Source: Azolla caroliniana (lineage: Eukaryota > Plantae > Polypodiophyta). Taken from it: a stretch of DNA of 64,000 nt. The notes below the pieces were generated by a model, which saw only the letters and a list, made by a program, of their open reading frames with translations, was not told the origin of the DNA and searched no databases. A program made the position numbers and the translations under genes. Below are positions 45,910-60,485 of this stretch, in pieces. The stretch is from contig JBHGNT010000017.1 in the NCBI GenBank assembly GCA_043228905.1, positions 5,766,001 through 5,830,000 of the forward strand, given 5' to 3'. Each line of letters opens with the position of its first letter. The first letter of the stretch is position 1.

Positions 45910-47880
45910 ATTTGTTAAGAGTTTGTTACTAATCAATAGACCGATTAAAGTAAAATAAAGCTTAAATAGATTGGGTCAAAGAAGGTGTTATCATCAATGC
46001 CCCATATCGACGGATATTACGATGACTATGTCACAAACATGTTAACTACATGCTACTGTAGAATTTAAGGGTTGAACCCACGACCTCTTAGTCTACATTA
46101 AGCAACCTTACCAACTGAGTTATATCCATCTAAGCATCTTTGTATAAAATTCAACTAATGCATTATAGATTGAACAAGAAGAAGCTTGTATTAGTTTCAC
46201 CAACCATGCCAAATTTGCCATCCTCCACTCTGATACCCATACCCCGATGGAGGTCGACCCCCATACCTCGATAGAGATCGGCCACGCTTGGTTCCAACCA
46301 TTAACCGATGCCCAACGACAACATTGACATGACAATGGCCTTTGCCTCTATTGTGGCACCCCTGACCATGTCATCTACCACTGCCTAGTGTGAGACCCTC
46401 GGCACCAATTCCACCATGCACATCCTGCAGAGGTTTCTCGATTACAAGAATGTGTCCTACGGCATGGCTCCTAGTGCAACCGGACTTGGTTGTTTTCTTA
46501 TTGTCAAGAAACCTCCACAGGACGTGCGCTATGGAATTGGTGTTGAGGGCCCCACACCAGGCAATGGTAGATGACATGGTCAGGGGTGCCACAATAGAGG
46601 CAAAGGCCATTGTCATGTCAATGTTGTCGTTGGGCATCGGTTAATGGTTGGAACCAAGCGTGGCCGATCTCTATCGAGGTATGGGGGTCGACCTCCATCG
46701 GGGTATTATGGGTATCAATGGAGGATGGCAAATTTGGCATGGTTGGAGAAACTTATACGAATGGCCTTGCAATTTGGTGCATTTCGGGAGGAAGGTCATC
46801 CCAGTAGACAGAGGTTGGACGTGAACCTTGTTGTAAGGAATAGAGCTTCATGATTGTCGTTCATCACTAATCTATCTATCCGAACATGGCTTCGAGCTCA
46901 GCACGAAAGGAGGGAAAGTTTTATGAGAGAGAGGATGCAGTCTTGACCAATGGCGGGCCCGAGAAAAATCGCTAGCATAACGTTGGGGCTGTAAACGGAT
47001 GATAAGCCGAATTTGATTGATTAACCTGCGAAGATGTGCCCTCATGTTGTTGAATTTGTTGGATAGGTTAAGAGTAGGTTCAAGGACCTATAGATGAGAA
47101 GGGGAAGTGGTTGGGCTAGATGCGAGGGGTGTGACTCGACGGGTGGTGGGTTTTTGGATGTGTCGATTTGAAGCTCTCATAATGATTTCTGAAGGAAATT
47201 TTCATTTTCTAGTTGAAGTTGTTGCAAGGCTATAATTACTTGGTTTAAGTTTTTGACAGAGTCAGACATGGTAGCAAGAAGAGAATGTGAACAAACTATA
47301 ACGGACAAGTAGAACACAACAGAACCAAGATGAGACTAAATACTAAGAGAGAGAAGAAGCAAGAGAAAGATAACGAGAACTCAACTTATGCTTCCATAAT
47401 TGTTGTGTTCACCTTGATTAGAATCAAGGTGCACCCAAGTATTTATACAAGAAGGCGGAGGTATGCATGCAAGCTACGAATATTCTAGAGAATGCATGAG
47501 GATGCATGTAAGCTAGGAAACTTCTAGTGTTCAATCTATAATGTATCGAGTTGAATTTTATACAAGGATGTCCTGATGGATGTATGGTAAGGTTGACTAA
47601 TGTAGACCAAACGGTTATGGGTTCAACCCTTACATTCCACAATGACATCTAGTTAACATATTTGTGGTAGACTAATACCTTGGAAGAGATAACATGATTG
47701 TTGGAAGGTTGTCGTCTTAATTTGTCCTAATATATGTGGGTATGGGACATCGAAGGTAGGCTGGTTATGTCTTTATGATAGCTTGAGGGTAGTCGAGTGT
47801 AATAACTTCCTCTACCCGATCTATTTACCTTTATTTTACTTTAATACAATCTATTGATTAGTAATAAACTCTTAAACCAT
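45910..47880. repeat. Large imperfect inverted duplication built from a gypsy LTR/gag relic
   Basis: Inner arms ~46192-46400 vs ~46546-46753 are highly similar. Outer arms ~46025-46187 vs ~47515-47672 and ~45912-45977 vs ~47812-47876. Confidence 0.8.
46400..47666 (-). mobile_element. Decayed gypsy gag + LTR relic
   Basis: Gag-like remnants (PMEVD, GLCLYCG..DH...CL knuckle) followed by LTR-like sequence with TATAAATA on the minus strand. Confidence 0.65.
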
Positions 47881-49689
47881 TCTCTTTGACGTATCACATG
47901 GTTTCTTGCACTTGTGTTGACAAACCAAACATTAGTCACTCTACTAGTGCTCATTGACATTGAGCTTGTTGTATGCTTTAACATAATCATTTTGTTGTAG
48001 TTGTGATGGTAAGTTCACAACCCAATTCATGATTCACAACACTTCGTAGTTTCAATATTCTCTAGTGAAAACCTGCTTTAATGTGGTTGGGCTTGCCACA
48101 CTACCAACATATTGGTTTGTTTTGATAGTTTACCATTGAGACTCCCATTTCTTCTATCACGGTTAGGAGTCCTTGTTCAGTTGATATAATCCTGTTTGTT
48201 ATGTCTCCTACCTCCCAATTTCTTCCTTGTCAATGATCGTGCCCCTCATCCAAGTCCATGTAGAGAATTTGACCCTTTAAAGTCCCGCTCTTTGTGTCAA
48301 TATACATCTCTTATATCACTAGCTTTTCGAAGCTAGTAAATTATGAACTTGGAGGTTCAAAACCTCATAAACCAACAACTTGATATGTGCTTTCTTCATT
48401 GAACCCCTCTTACATCTTTCTCAACAAATGTAAGGTCCTTGTGCACTTCTCCAAGTCTAGATCCACCTACACACACAAATCCAACATGCTTTTGCATGAC
48501 ATTTGGTGAATCTAATGCGAATGGTTGCTTGTAGGGAAATGGAGAGTTGGCAAGTATTGGCTTCCATGTTTACCATGCTCAAAGAGAAGATATGGTAGAA
48601 ATCCGGGTGACAATCAATCTACTCTTATAGGAGAAGGTCAATTCAATGATGACACTGTCAATTGATATCTACGAATCTATGAGACATTGATATCTACAAA
48701 ATCATACTTGAGTGGATGTTTATGATTAGACTTCACCAACGACATTTAATGTGGTAGTTCCTTGAGGATTTGTGTATAAAGCCCATAGTGTTGTTGCTAA
48801 TGTCTTTTTAGTTAATCAAAATAGTTTTCTCTTTTGTGTTGCGTGCATAAGTCATCACCCCCCTCCTATATACATTTCATTTATAGTTTTTTTTCTCTAA
48901 TTCCTACCCTTGTTCACACACATGTTCTCACACATGCATGATGCTTCCAAACACCTTGACTCTATGAGAGTTGAACTTCTTTACATAGTAGAGAGAATGA
49001 GAGTTGGAGATCCTTCCTTGAGCTCTACAATTGAACTTGTTTGAGAAGTTGGATATGTCATTCTCACAAGAATACATGCATGTGTGTGAAATGTGAGTGG
49101 GACCATGGGGAACTTGAACTAGAAAGGATGGGATTGGCTTGAGTTGTTGATTATCAAATACTCACAAGATGTTATTTTTCAATGCTCAAATTCTTTCAAT
49201 GGTTTTTGTCTCGATCCCAAGCATGCATGTGAGTATATAGAAATATGTGTGTGTGTGTGTGTGGGTGTGGGTGTGCATGTACATATAACTTTATGTATAA
49301 ATATATGTTTGTGTTTGTATCTGTGTATAGATGCAATATTCCTAATGTGTGTGTGTGTGTTAAAATTTAAAACAGGGTAAGGTGAGTTTAAGGATTTATA
49401 TGTTTTAACATAGTTATGTACGTAATTTATTTTGTTGGTAAGCGAGGGGCATTTTGGAAAACAAGCAAGGGCTAAGTGTTTGGAGGAAAAAGTTTTAAAG
49501 GTTTTAATTGAAGTATTCCTAATGTACATGTAAGATAATGTGGCAGTTGACAAGGTAGCATGACATATTGGTTGATAAGGTAGGGTGACGTAACAACTTA
49601 AGTGGCATGTGTTGGCTACAATGTTAACGTTGGGCATGTCACTGGAGGAAGCTTGAACCAGAGCTTTACTTGAACCAAAGTTCATGCTC

Positions 49690-50280
49690 ACAGGTCGAAC
49701 CTCATTAAGAATCGATAATGGTTTAGTTCGGTTTGAGATGTCAAACTCAAACCGTTTTAAAAAATAAAAAACTGAACAGAACAACAAAAACATTTAAACC
49801 AAAATCGTTCAAATTGAACCATTACAGAAAATCCTAGGTCAAACCAAACGATTTTAGAGATTTTCAAACGGTTAAACCATTAAAACCACAGTTTTGCGGT
49901 TAGGTTTCAAATTTGAAGTTAGGTCAATATTCAAATATTCAAAATTCAATTTTAAGATTTTAAATTACTCAATATTTCAAGATTTAATTTTTCAAAATTT
50001 TGGAGATTTTTCCTAAAATGTCAAGTTAGGCTTAAAGCTAAAAAGGTTATTAAAAAAAAATCAAGAAAATATTTAAGAAAATAAATCGTCAATCGTTTAA
50101 ACCAAAAACCATTAAGCCGATAAAGGTTGAAATCAAACCAAACAAAATTGTTGACCCCCAAACCGAACCATTTACAAAAACTTGAACTTGAACATGAATT
50201 GTGCATCGAATCATTTAAATCGTTAAGCTACAATTTCATAGTTCGGTTAAATTCAAACTGAATTGTCGCGATTGTTGCAC
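49690..50280. mobile_element. AT-rich MITE-like relic with AAACCG/AACC motifs
   Basis: Dense AAACCG/CGGTTT motifs; similar to 59320-59930. Confidence 0.45.
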
Positions 50281-51828
50281 CCCATCCATCTCAGCTAAGT
50301 GTCGTTTCATCTTCATAAAGTTGATGATAACATCGTGGAATTCATTCTTCAATATGTCGAGGATTTCCCGGAAAGTGAACTCTACACGAGTATTGAGGAT
50401 CCTCTCCTCCATCATTCACTTTAGGTAGCTTCGTTATTTGCACTGTTTTGCAACAAAGTTCGAAGGTTGGGCAACCCTTCTCTTTTCCCCTTTCATTGTG
50501 TGCTAAGGCTGGAACCGACTCCTCCCTTCTCCGAGCATCTTGGGTGTTGTACCTTTTCGAGGGCCCAATTTCATTGTCTTTTCCCATACTCTATTTTTCA
50601 ACCAAAACTTTGAATTCTGGCAAAAGACTTCTACCAAGTTCGTATTCTCTTTCACTAGATCTTTCCATTCAATCACCTCTTCAACCCTCCTTTCAGTCTC
50701 ATCCACTTCGAATCTTCCTTTCTAAGCTTCCCTTTGCAAAAAATAACGAGAAAAATAGTCAAAACTTGGAATCTTTATCACTATTTCCCCATGTCTCTTT
50801 CCTTACTTTAATTCCCGCTAGCACGGAGTATTGGACAAACTGCACATTTCTCCTCTTGACTTCCTCCATGAGCCTCTTAATTCCTCTTTGGCCAAATTTT
50901 ATCTCCAAGGGATGCCTTGTTTCCAACTATTGGACCTTGTTCCCTACAAAATAAGCAATATTTTGTCGTAGGGCCTCTTGCAACTCTCCACAATCCCTCC
51001 TCTAGTGGTTCGGCTCATCAGGGGGGGGGGTCATTGTTCTTGAAGATGGCACTCACTATCTCGCATTGTTTGGGCTATTTGAAGGTCTCACACAATCTTA
51101 AACAACTCATCTATTGGCGCACCTCTAGCCAGTCCTTCCACTACGTTCCTTGCTTGGGTCATCCCTGCATTTGGTTGGTCCTCCTTTCTCTCATTCTAAT
51201 GTCATCTACTTCATTAGGCCTTCTTTGTTTTAGAGCTTAGTCACTTGAGGAGGCCTCGTCATCCCATTGTTGTCGTTTGTCCAAGTGACTGCACAAACTT
51301 TTTATGATACATCAATCCGTTGTAATGACATCTTCGCTCTTAAGTGAGAGATTCAATTTCCCTCTTATCTCTATGATCAACCACTTTGATGAATAGGACT
51401 TTGAGAGAGTCAAGTATAGTCATGTACATTGTCGATAGATGCCCAAACTGCTTCTCAAACTCTTGGAATGTTGCGAAGACACTCATCGCCTTGCCATGTG
51501 ATTCAACACAATCCATTAAGTCATTATTTTGCACCTCCTAAGCGTCATCAAAGCCATACACTTCCAACAATCCTCTCTCAAGCTCCTCTCAACTATAGTT
51601 CTCCACTTGACGATATAACCCCTTAAATGCAAACGCCAAAAATGGGACAACATTCAATGCTCACCAACTCCCCCTCCATCAAAACGTTTCAAGAAAGGTA
51701 GCTAGCACCCACACGCACATGTCAAGATTTGAAAACTACACCTTTTCCAACAAAAATTGTATTCACATCAATTTCTACATTTCCTCTTGTTCCCATGAGG
51801 CCACCATCTTTTTATTACTCTACACTTA

Positions 51829-54800
51829 TGTTAAAGTTAATATGCGGAAGTGTATGACAAACCGGCTTAGCCGGATACTAGCAGAACATTGGAGACCTTA
51901 CACAGAGAATACACGGCAGAGACAGAGAGAACATAACATAAACCCAATTCAAAAATAATAATCCTCTATAGATAGAATGTGCTCAGAGAGCACTTTTATA
52001 CAGTGACGTCCATAAAGGATTGACAGAAGTACTGACAGGTACTTCAATGCTCATACGAGCGATTGACATTGACTCCCAAAAATATGCCTATGTACGAGGT
52101 TGGATCCGTAGGCCTCTAACGGCCTACCGGTTTCAATTTGATCTGGCTCCTGGTTCCGGATATCATCCGAACACCAACCCGGTTCTTCGTTCCAAATACC
52201 GATCCGGCTCTGGCTTATTCTGCCGATCCAGATACGGTTGACCTTGCTCGCTCAACACTCCCCCTCAAGGTCAACTGGAGGTCGGAGCGTGGTGTCAATT
52301 TCTGTGGTAGCCGGTTCTTCTGTTCGATTCCTTCTAGCGTCCTCCCACTTGCTCGTGCTCCTCGTTTGGTCCGGTTCCACTTCCCGCGACCCATTCAGTT
52401 CTACACTCCTCAACCTCCTTGGTCGGCTTGTCTGCTCAGCATGCCCATCTCAGCTCCTTCACTGCCATGACTCTAGCGCTTGTCGACCCATCGGTTCCTT
52501 CGTATCGGTGTTGACTTCTGTTGCCTTCTCGTCCGCTTGGCCTTTAGTTGATCCGGCTCCTCCAAATCAAATTGTTGAACCGAATCGGCTTCCTCCGATT
52601 CGTTCCAGCTCTTGTCCGAATCGGTTGCCTCCGATTCGTTCTGGCTCTTGTCTGAGTTGGTAGTCTCCAACTTGTCTTCCATTTTTAGGCCCTTCACCAC
52701 ATCAGACCACGTCTGAGTCTTGGCCTTCTTTCGGCCAGCTCTGTCCTTCTTGAGTCTGTCGTCGTTGCCGCTTGCTCCGACTTGTTCGGATGTGTCAACT
52801 TTTCCCGTCGACTCAGCTTTCTTTTTCTTCTTATCTCCCCTGTCTTGGTTCATTCCTCTTTCTCTCCAGCTCCTTGTCCGGTGCCATTACCCGTTTTGGT
52901 TCCCGTTCTCCCCCTCAAGTGTGGCATGTCGAGATGTTGAATGTCGAGCATCTCCGAAAAGTGTTGTAGCTTGTCTGATTCAAGCAGCTTGATGAAGATG
53001 TTGGCAACCTCATGACCCACTCACGGACAAAGTGATAATGCACTTCTATGTGCTTTGTTCGAACATGGAATACAAGGTTCTTGGCGAGTTGTATGCTGCT
53101 TAAGTTGTCGTAGTAGATCAGGATCGGGGTCGACACCCCGATCCGGAGGTCTCGCAACAGTCGCTGAAGCCAGATGGCTTCACAGGTGGCAATGACACCG
53201 CCCCGGTACAAGGTTCTTGGCGAGTTGTATGCTGCTTAAGTTGTCATAGTAGATCAGGATCGGGGTCGACACCCCGATCCGGAGGTCTCGCAACAGTCGC
53301 TAAAGCCAGATGGCTTCACAGGTGGCAATGACACCGCCCCGGTATTCAGCCTCAGTGCTCGACAAAGCCACTGTTGGTTGCTTTTTGTTGCTCCATGCAA
53401 CAATCGTGCTACCAAGAGAGAACATATAACCGGAGGTGGATCGACGATCCAATCACCAGCCCAGTCGACATCCGTATATCCGACTAGCTTCCCAGCTATA
53501 CCATGTCAATATAACAGTCTCGGGTCCTTCTTGCCGCTCACATATCGCAATAGTCTATGTGTGCACTGAAGGTGCTCCACAGTCAGCTTCTACATAAACT
53601 GGTTGATCACTCTGACCAGATAACTGATGTCAGGTCGAGTGATTGTCAAGTAGATAAGGCTTCCGACAATTTGTTGGAACCGTTTCTCATTGCAGGCATG
53701 TCCGAAGTCGAGACGTAGCTTCAGGTTCCGGTCCAGGGGTGTGGAGATCGGTCGGCATTCCGTCATGCCGAATGTATACAACATATTCAACACATAATGG
53801 CGTTGTGAGAGAAATATGTCGTCGGGGGTCCGGATCACCTCGATCCCAAGAAAATAATGAAGGTCCCCCGTGTCCTTCATTTCAAATGCGTCCGACAACT
53901 GGGAATTCAGTCAGCCAATTTCATCGAGTCCGGGTCCAGTGATGACTAGATCATCTACATATAGTAGGATACAAACCGGACCATCCGAACCTTTCCAGAT
54001 GAACAGTGAAGAGTCAGAATTTGAGGCCACAAACCCCATCTTATGCAACTGGTGCGTGATGTTCGCATTCCAAGGTCGGGGGGCTTGCTTCAGAGCATAA
54101 AGTGACTTTTTGAGTTGGCACACCGCCAACTTGTTCAGCTCCGATTGAAAACCGAGGGGTTGGATCATATAGACCCGTTCATCAAGGTCACCTTGAAGAA
54201 ACGCATTCTTCACATCCATTTGGTGAAGATGCCATCCCCTTGCCGCAACAACAGCCAGTACTGCATGAACCGTCATCATCTTTGCTAACGGAGCGAAGGT
54301 CTCGTCGTAGTCGATTTTGTGGGTCTGTCCGTATCTCTTTGACATTAACCGAGCCTTGTACCGGTTGACCGAACCGTGGACATTGTACTTTACCTTATAT
54401 ACCCACTTACAACCGATCGGTTTACAATGATGGGGAGGGTCAACTAGGTCCCATGTGTCGTTGGCATTGAGTGCCCGCTTTTCTTCCTCCATAGCACCAC
54501 ACCAATTTGTGACTTTCGTTGCTTCTGCGTAGCTCTTCGGTTCACACACTTCCGCCACCTTGGTCATGTACACATAGTGATGTGCCATGTACTCATTGTA
54601 TCCGTACCGTTTTACGGGATCTTTTGGCGGGTTGACCGACACAATTTTTCGGCAGCCAGTTTGAGGCCCTTCTTGGCCAGTTCAGACTTTGTTTCTGAAG
54701 TTCCGCCTTCATCCTTTCCGGACTCATATTCGCTCTAATCGGACCCTTCACTGTTGGTATTGTATCCTGACATCTTCTTCTTCCCCTTCTCTATGCATGT

Positions 54801-57732
54801 GAACTGTCTCCTCGGTTCCTTGTGTGGGGAGATCACGACAGAGTCTCCACTACTCGCCGACTCTTCATCCGACTGGTCAATTCTGACTCAGTCCATCGTT
54901 TGGCCTGCTCTACCGAAACGAGATCGGACTCTCTTCTAGAGTACATAATTCCTCATCTTCTACTTGAACCTCTATCGGATCTTCGTCTGGAGTTGGAGTC
55001 AGTAGAGAGTGCCATGATGCCGACTCATCAAACTTAACATCTCGACTTACTCGAACATGTTTAGTCTGGGGATTATAACACTTATACCCCTTCTATTCAT
55101 GTGATTAGTCGACGAGTATGCACTTCTCCGACTTCGGATCCAACTTCCTTTGCTTCTCATCCGATACATGCACATATGTTATGCTACCGAATATCCGAAG
55201 GTGTCTCAAATTGGGCTTCTGCCTGACAACTCATGTGTTGACACCTTATCTCCGATCCGGTTTTGGATGTAGACGGTCATTCGGACCGACTCGGCCCAAT
55301 AGAACCCGGGCATTCTTTTCTCCTCCAGCATTGCCCTTGCCGCGTCGATAATTGACCGGTTCTTTCTCTCAGCCACACCATTTTGTTTCGATGTGTATTG
55401 GCAGCTGAATTCTCTCCGAATTCCTTTTGCTACAAGTAACTGTTGAATTGGCCGGAAAAGTATTCTTTTCCATCATCCGATCGCAAGCACTTGATCTTTC
55501 TTTCTGTTTCCCTCTCGACTAGGCTTAATAGATTCCGGAAACATTTGAAGACTTCACTTTTCCTCTCAATGAGGTAGATCCATGTGTGTTGGCTGTAGTC
55601 ATCGATAAAGGAGACGAAATACCGACTCCCGCCAAGACTAACGTTTTGTGTGGGTCCCCATACATCCGAAGGGATTAAGTCGAGCTTGTTACGGCTCCGA
55701 TTTTGTTTGCTGGGGAATGGAAGCCGGTGTTGCTTCCCGAGTTGGCAGGCTTCACATATTTGGGCCTTCCGGCCACTGAATTTCGACAATCCGAGAACAA
55801 CCTATTTCGATTGCAAGACTTGAAGCCTCCGGTAGTTGATGTGGCTAATCCGCTTGTGCCAAAGATCGATGTCTAATTCAGTCTTATGTCCTTTGGCAAA
55901 CAAGGTGGTGCTTACGTCATTGGTGTTGAGGATGAACATCCTCCCGTCTCTATGCCCTTGCGCGATTATCCAAACCTCTTCCTCGATGAAGCACCCGAGG
56001 TGCGTAAACTGCACCTACATTCCCTAGTCGACAATTTGTCCAACCGACACCAGGTTCTTTGTGATTGTCGGCTTTCCCTTTTGTCCGACATGGCTTAAAG
56101 GGACTTCTCCCACATGCACAATTGGGTGAGGGGTGTCGTCTCCGGTTTCGACAATTCCCGGTTGTTCCGGTTTCTCTAAAAACGAGAACCACTCTTCATG
56201 GCTCGTCATGTGATTAGATGCTCCGGAATCAATATACCACACTTCCTCCGATCTGGAAGTGGTCTTCTTCGTCGAGTTCGCCTTGTGCTTCATCACGAAG
56301 GCTAGCCCTTTATCGGGATTCTCAGTTCCGGATACTTCTGATCCTTCTACGTAGTGCGAGCTTTGCTGGTTTCCCTGTCCGGCCTTGCCGGATCCGGATT
56401 TGTCCGAATCAGCACGCTTCTTCTAGCACTCGTTTTCTCTGTGGCCTTTCTTGCCACAATACCATCATTCCGTGTCGGCCTTCCCTTGCCGGTTTCCGGT
56501 GCCGTTTTGACTCCCCCTGCTCGTGGAGGGTCTAAATTTGTTGTCAGCACTGTCTCGGTCGGTGCCTTCGATTCTACTCTTGTTGACCGCCTCCATTGCA
56601 TGCCGACCCACCTCGTCCTCCATGCCCACGGGGCCGGTTCACCTCCGTGTACAACAATCGATTGTCCGATTGAGTGGTCCTCAACCCACTAGCGTGGTTT
56701 TCTTCGACCATCAGCATCGATTGCAGGTCGAAGAAGGACGGTGGCTTCGTGCATATCGCCATCCGTACCGTTGTGCTAGACCACCAAGGCAGATTTGTAC
56801 CATTTCGTCTTCATCCACAGTGACCACATTGATGGACCCGAGCATGTCACAAATCTCCTTTATTTTGGTGGTGTACTCCATAACCGACATATCTCTTTGT
56901 TGGATGTTGTTCAACTCTTGTCGGAGCTACAACTTATGGGCTATGGTACTTGCTACGAAAATCTTCCGAGGATTTTCCCAGGCCTCCGTCAGCGTTTTTG
57001 CATCCTTGATGTAGCCGAGCATCTGATCGTGCACACAGGATGCGAGACAATACAACACTTTGCTCGCTCCTTGTTCCCATGCCGGGAAGTCCTTATGTGT
57101 CGGCTCTGGCGCTACATTGTTCGTTCCTTCCGCATAGCTCTAGTAACCATGCCTCAGTAGGTACTAGTGCATTTTATATGACCAGGATGCATAGTTGCTC
57201 CGGTCGAGCTTTTCTGTGGAAAGTGAACTAGTCATACCTCTGTCCATCTTGGTTCTCTTCTGTTCTTCATCGGGTGTTAGGGTTTGTCTTCGAAAGCGTA
57301 TGTCGGCTGCAGAGGAGTCTCAACCCTCTGTTAAAGTTAATATGCGGAAGCGTATGACAAAACGGCTCAGCCAATACTAACAAAACGTAGAGAAGAAGGT
57401 TTAATGGAGACCTTACACAAAGAATACACGGGAGAGACAGAGAGAACAAAACATAAACACAATTCAAAAATAATAATCCTCTATACATAGAATGTGCTCA
57501 GAGAGCACTTTTATACAAGTCCATAAAGGACTGACAGGTACTTCAATGCTCATACGAGCGACTGACACTGACTCCCAAACATATGCCTACATACTAGGCT
57601 GGATCCATAGGCCTCTAACGGCCTACCAGTTTCAATATGATCCGGCTCTTGGTTCCGTATATCATTCGGACACCAATCCGGTTCTCCGTTCCAGATACCG
57701 ATGCGGATCCGGTTGAGCTTGCTCGCTCAACA
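51829..57732 (-). mobile_element. Full-length but degenerate Ty1/copia element
   Basis: LTRs 51829-52257 and 57329-57732 (diverged, with indels). TSD ACTTA. Gag, WYIDSGAS, SDVWGP, RT (MDVKNAFLQG, YVDDL) and KHIEVHYHF, all broken by frameshifts. 136-bp tandem duplication at 53071-53342. Confidence 0.95.
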
Positions 57733-59319
57733 ACTTATATTTTACATCTCCTCTTTTCCCCCATCATTTCCCTACATTCCACCTTTGAACCCACTCACAT
57801 TTCACGCAACACACATAAATGTCATGTCACCATATAAAGATTATATAAGATGAAAGTAGTTCCATGAGATGATGTTGGAATAGTTTTAACTGATAAGAGA
57901 TAAGGCTTCTAAATCCATGCAACATGTAAACGAGGATTTGTACAAAGTTATTGCGAAGGTGGAAGAAACATCCTGATACTGACTAAGAATCCAAGTATAA
58001 GTTATTTGATACCACGCAATAAGTCTAGGAGGATTTAAAAGGATATACTCAAATTGTAATAAATATGTTATCCGAGTAAGTATAGCCCAAATCTAGGAGG
58101 TTTTAAAAGGATATGTCATCCAAGGAAATCGAGCCAATAACGAACATCAAGTGTAAGGGAAATGAATATGACATGACACCATTGTTCAACAAGCACATCT
58201 ACCAAGTTGGAAGTGTGTTAGACCAAATATAGCATAAGAGGAATTCAATTAGTAGGATATGAAGATGATATCATAAGATCCACATACATGTAGAAATCAT
58301 ATTCAATACACACATATTGGAGGTAATTTCGCTCTACATATATGGATATGGTTCACAAAGATGTTGGAAAATAGTGCGATCAAAGGGTCTCTCTTCAAAG
58401 TTGGCACACACCATCACAACACGTGGGAGTGAGCTTTGTGTTGCCTATGCCACTAAACCAAGCCTTTTCTCTCGGAGACCATTATACAACAATCCAAGTC
58501 AAGATTGAAACATTTGTAAATATACGCAAGAAATGCTTTTAAACCTTGCACCTATGTATTATGAATCATTGTAAGTTGTAACAACCTCCAAGGTAAAATC
58601 AAGGACATAATATATCCCCCAATACCCTCATCCAACATAATATTGGTGCATCTTATAATTCCAAGATACAAAGTTGCTCTTATCAAGCTTCTCGCTTGGT
58701 ATTGAATTTTCCATTTGTAGATTTATATTCTTGTTATTGTTGGCAATTTCTTCTTCTTATTGTCTCCCTTGTTTTTTCACAACATGATGTGGTGGACCTC
58801 CTTTGTGCATGAGTATGTAATTGCACTATAATAGCAACATGTCGACCATGTCAATGCACATGAGTTGGTTCATCTTGAGTGAGGAGAACAAGGAGGCTCT
58901 TATGAGTTGGTTCTTCTCGAGTGATGAGAACAAGGAGGCTGTGTTGTTGATTAATAAACCAATGCCCAAATACCATGTGAATAGTTTGGAGAATTAGATG
59001 TATAGATAGTTCTTATGCAACAAATACATGAAATAAATTTGTTGTGTCTAAAAGAGGACAAATAAACAAAAGACTACAATAACAATCGCTTCACATGCTA
59101 ATAAAAAAGCTTAGCACAAAAGAGGTACCTTGCTTCATATAGAACTTCTATAGAATTGCACGCAAAACCTAGAAACAATCTAGCAATGCATAAGATGGGG
59201 GGGGCACAAGATAGTTGAGATATCCGCTTCATTCGATGCAAAAGGGGCCATCACCATTTCATAAAGTTGATGGCAGCCACGTTTTATCACACAAATAGGC
59301 ACATGCCCATACATGAACT

Positions 59320-59930
59320 GAAATCAAACCATTAATAATAAATAATCGAGTACAACCAAACCGTTTAGTTGTATACAAAAACAAAATCAGGTTGTTTAAT
59401 TATATACAAAAACCAAACCAAGCCGTTTCTTCATATTTGAACCGATGAGCGATTAATCCATGGCTTCACGGTTTGGTTTAGTTTGAGCCAAAACCAAGCC
59501 CATACATAACAATCGACAACGGTTCGGTTCGGTTTGAGAGGGTTCAAACTGAACCATTTAAATTTTTTGAAACCTGAACCAAACCGAAACAAACCGTGAA
59601 ATCGTTAAACATTTTTCAAATCGTTAATACTTGTGGACCGTAAAAACCGCGGTTTCATGGTTCAATTTCGGTTTTCAACATAGGTCAAATTTTTAATTTT
59701 TTAAAATTTATAATATTTCATTTTTAAAATTTTTTAAGATGTTTCTAAAATGTGAAAATAAGGTCTAAAAATGAAAGGATTGTTTAAAAACAATTTTTAA
59801 AAATTTTAAAATTTTAAAAAAAAAACTGTTAAACCGTTTAAACCGCGATTTTTTACTGATGAAACCGTTAATCCGTTAAGCCGTTGTTTCGGGGTTTCGG
59901 TTCGGTTCAAACCGAACTGTTTCCAATTGT
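59320..59930. mobile_element. AT-rich MITE-like element with AAACCG/CGGTTT motifs
   Basis: Dense AAACCG motifs in both orientations; related to 49690-50280. Confidence 0.5.
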
Positions 59931-60099
59931 TACCCATACATACATCATTACATGATACACAGACTCTCTCTCTCTCTCTCTCTCTCTTACTCAGACAATC
60001 TAGTTTCTCTCTCTTCAACACACACACTCTCTCTAGATTCTCTCTCTTACTCACGCACGTGATCTAGTTTCTCTCTCTTCAACACACACACACACACAC

Positions 60100-60140
<41 letters not shown>

Positions 60141-60236
60141 GTCATATCTTTCTCTGCAGTGTGCACTGGCCTCTTGACGAATAAGCATTCGGAACGCAGA
60201 CAATGACATGCATTCTTCCCCCCCCCTGCAGAGATC

Positions 60237-60451
60237 ATGGAAGCTTTGCACCCTCACCATCATCATGGCTATCAGGAAGACGAAGAAGACGATGAAGGAG
60301 GCTATGGTAGCCCTCTGCGAGATCAGTTCCTTGACCTCGACGACCTCGGCTTCCTGACCATAGAAGGCATTGATAGGAATCGAAGAACCATCCTCAGAGT
60401 TGTCGGAAAATTCTTACCTGGTAAAAACTCTGCTTCTCCTCTTTTGTATCT

Positions 60452-60485
<34 letters not shown>

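Noticed and set aside
47900-49100. Possible highly decayed retroelement pol
   Set aside because: Only a faint M.FG..NA-like remnant; not enough to annotate.
49144-51958. ORFs 49179..49793, 50448..50954 and neighbours
   Set aside because: Low-complexity, microsatellite-derived or non-ATG ORFs with no recognisable motifs.
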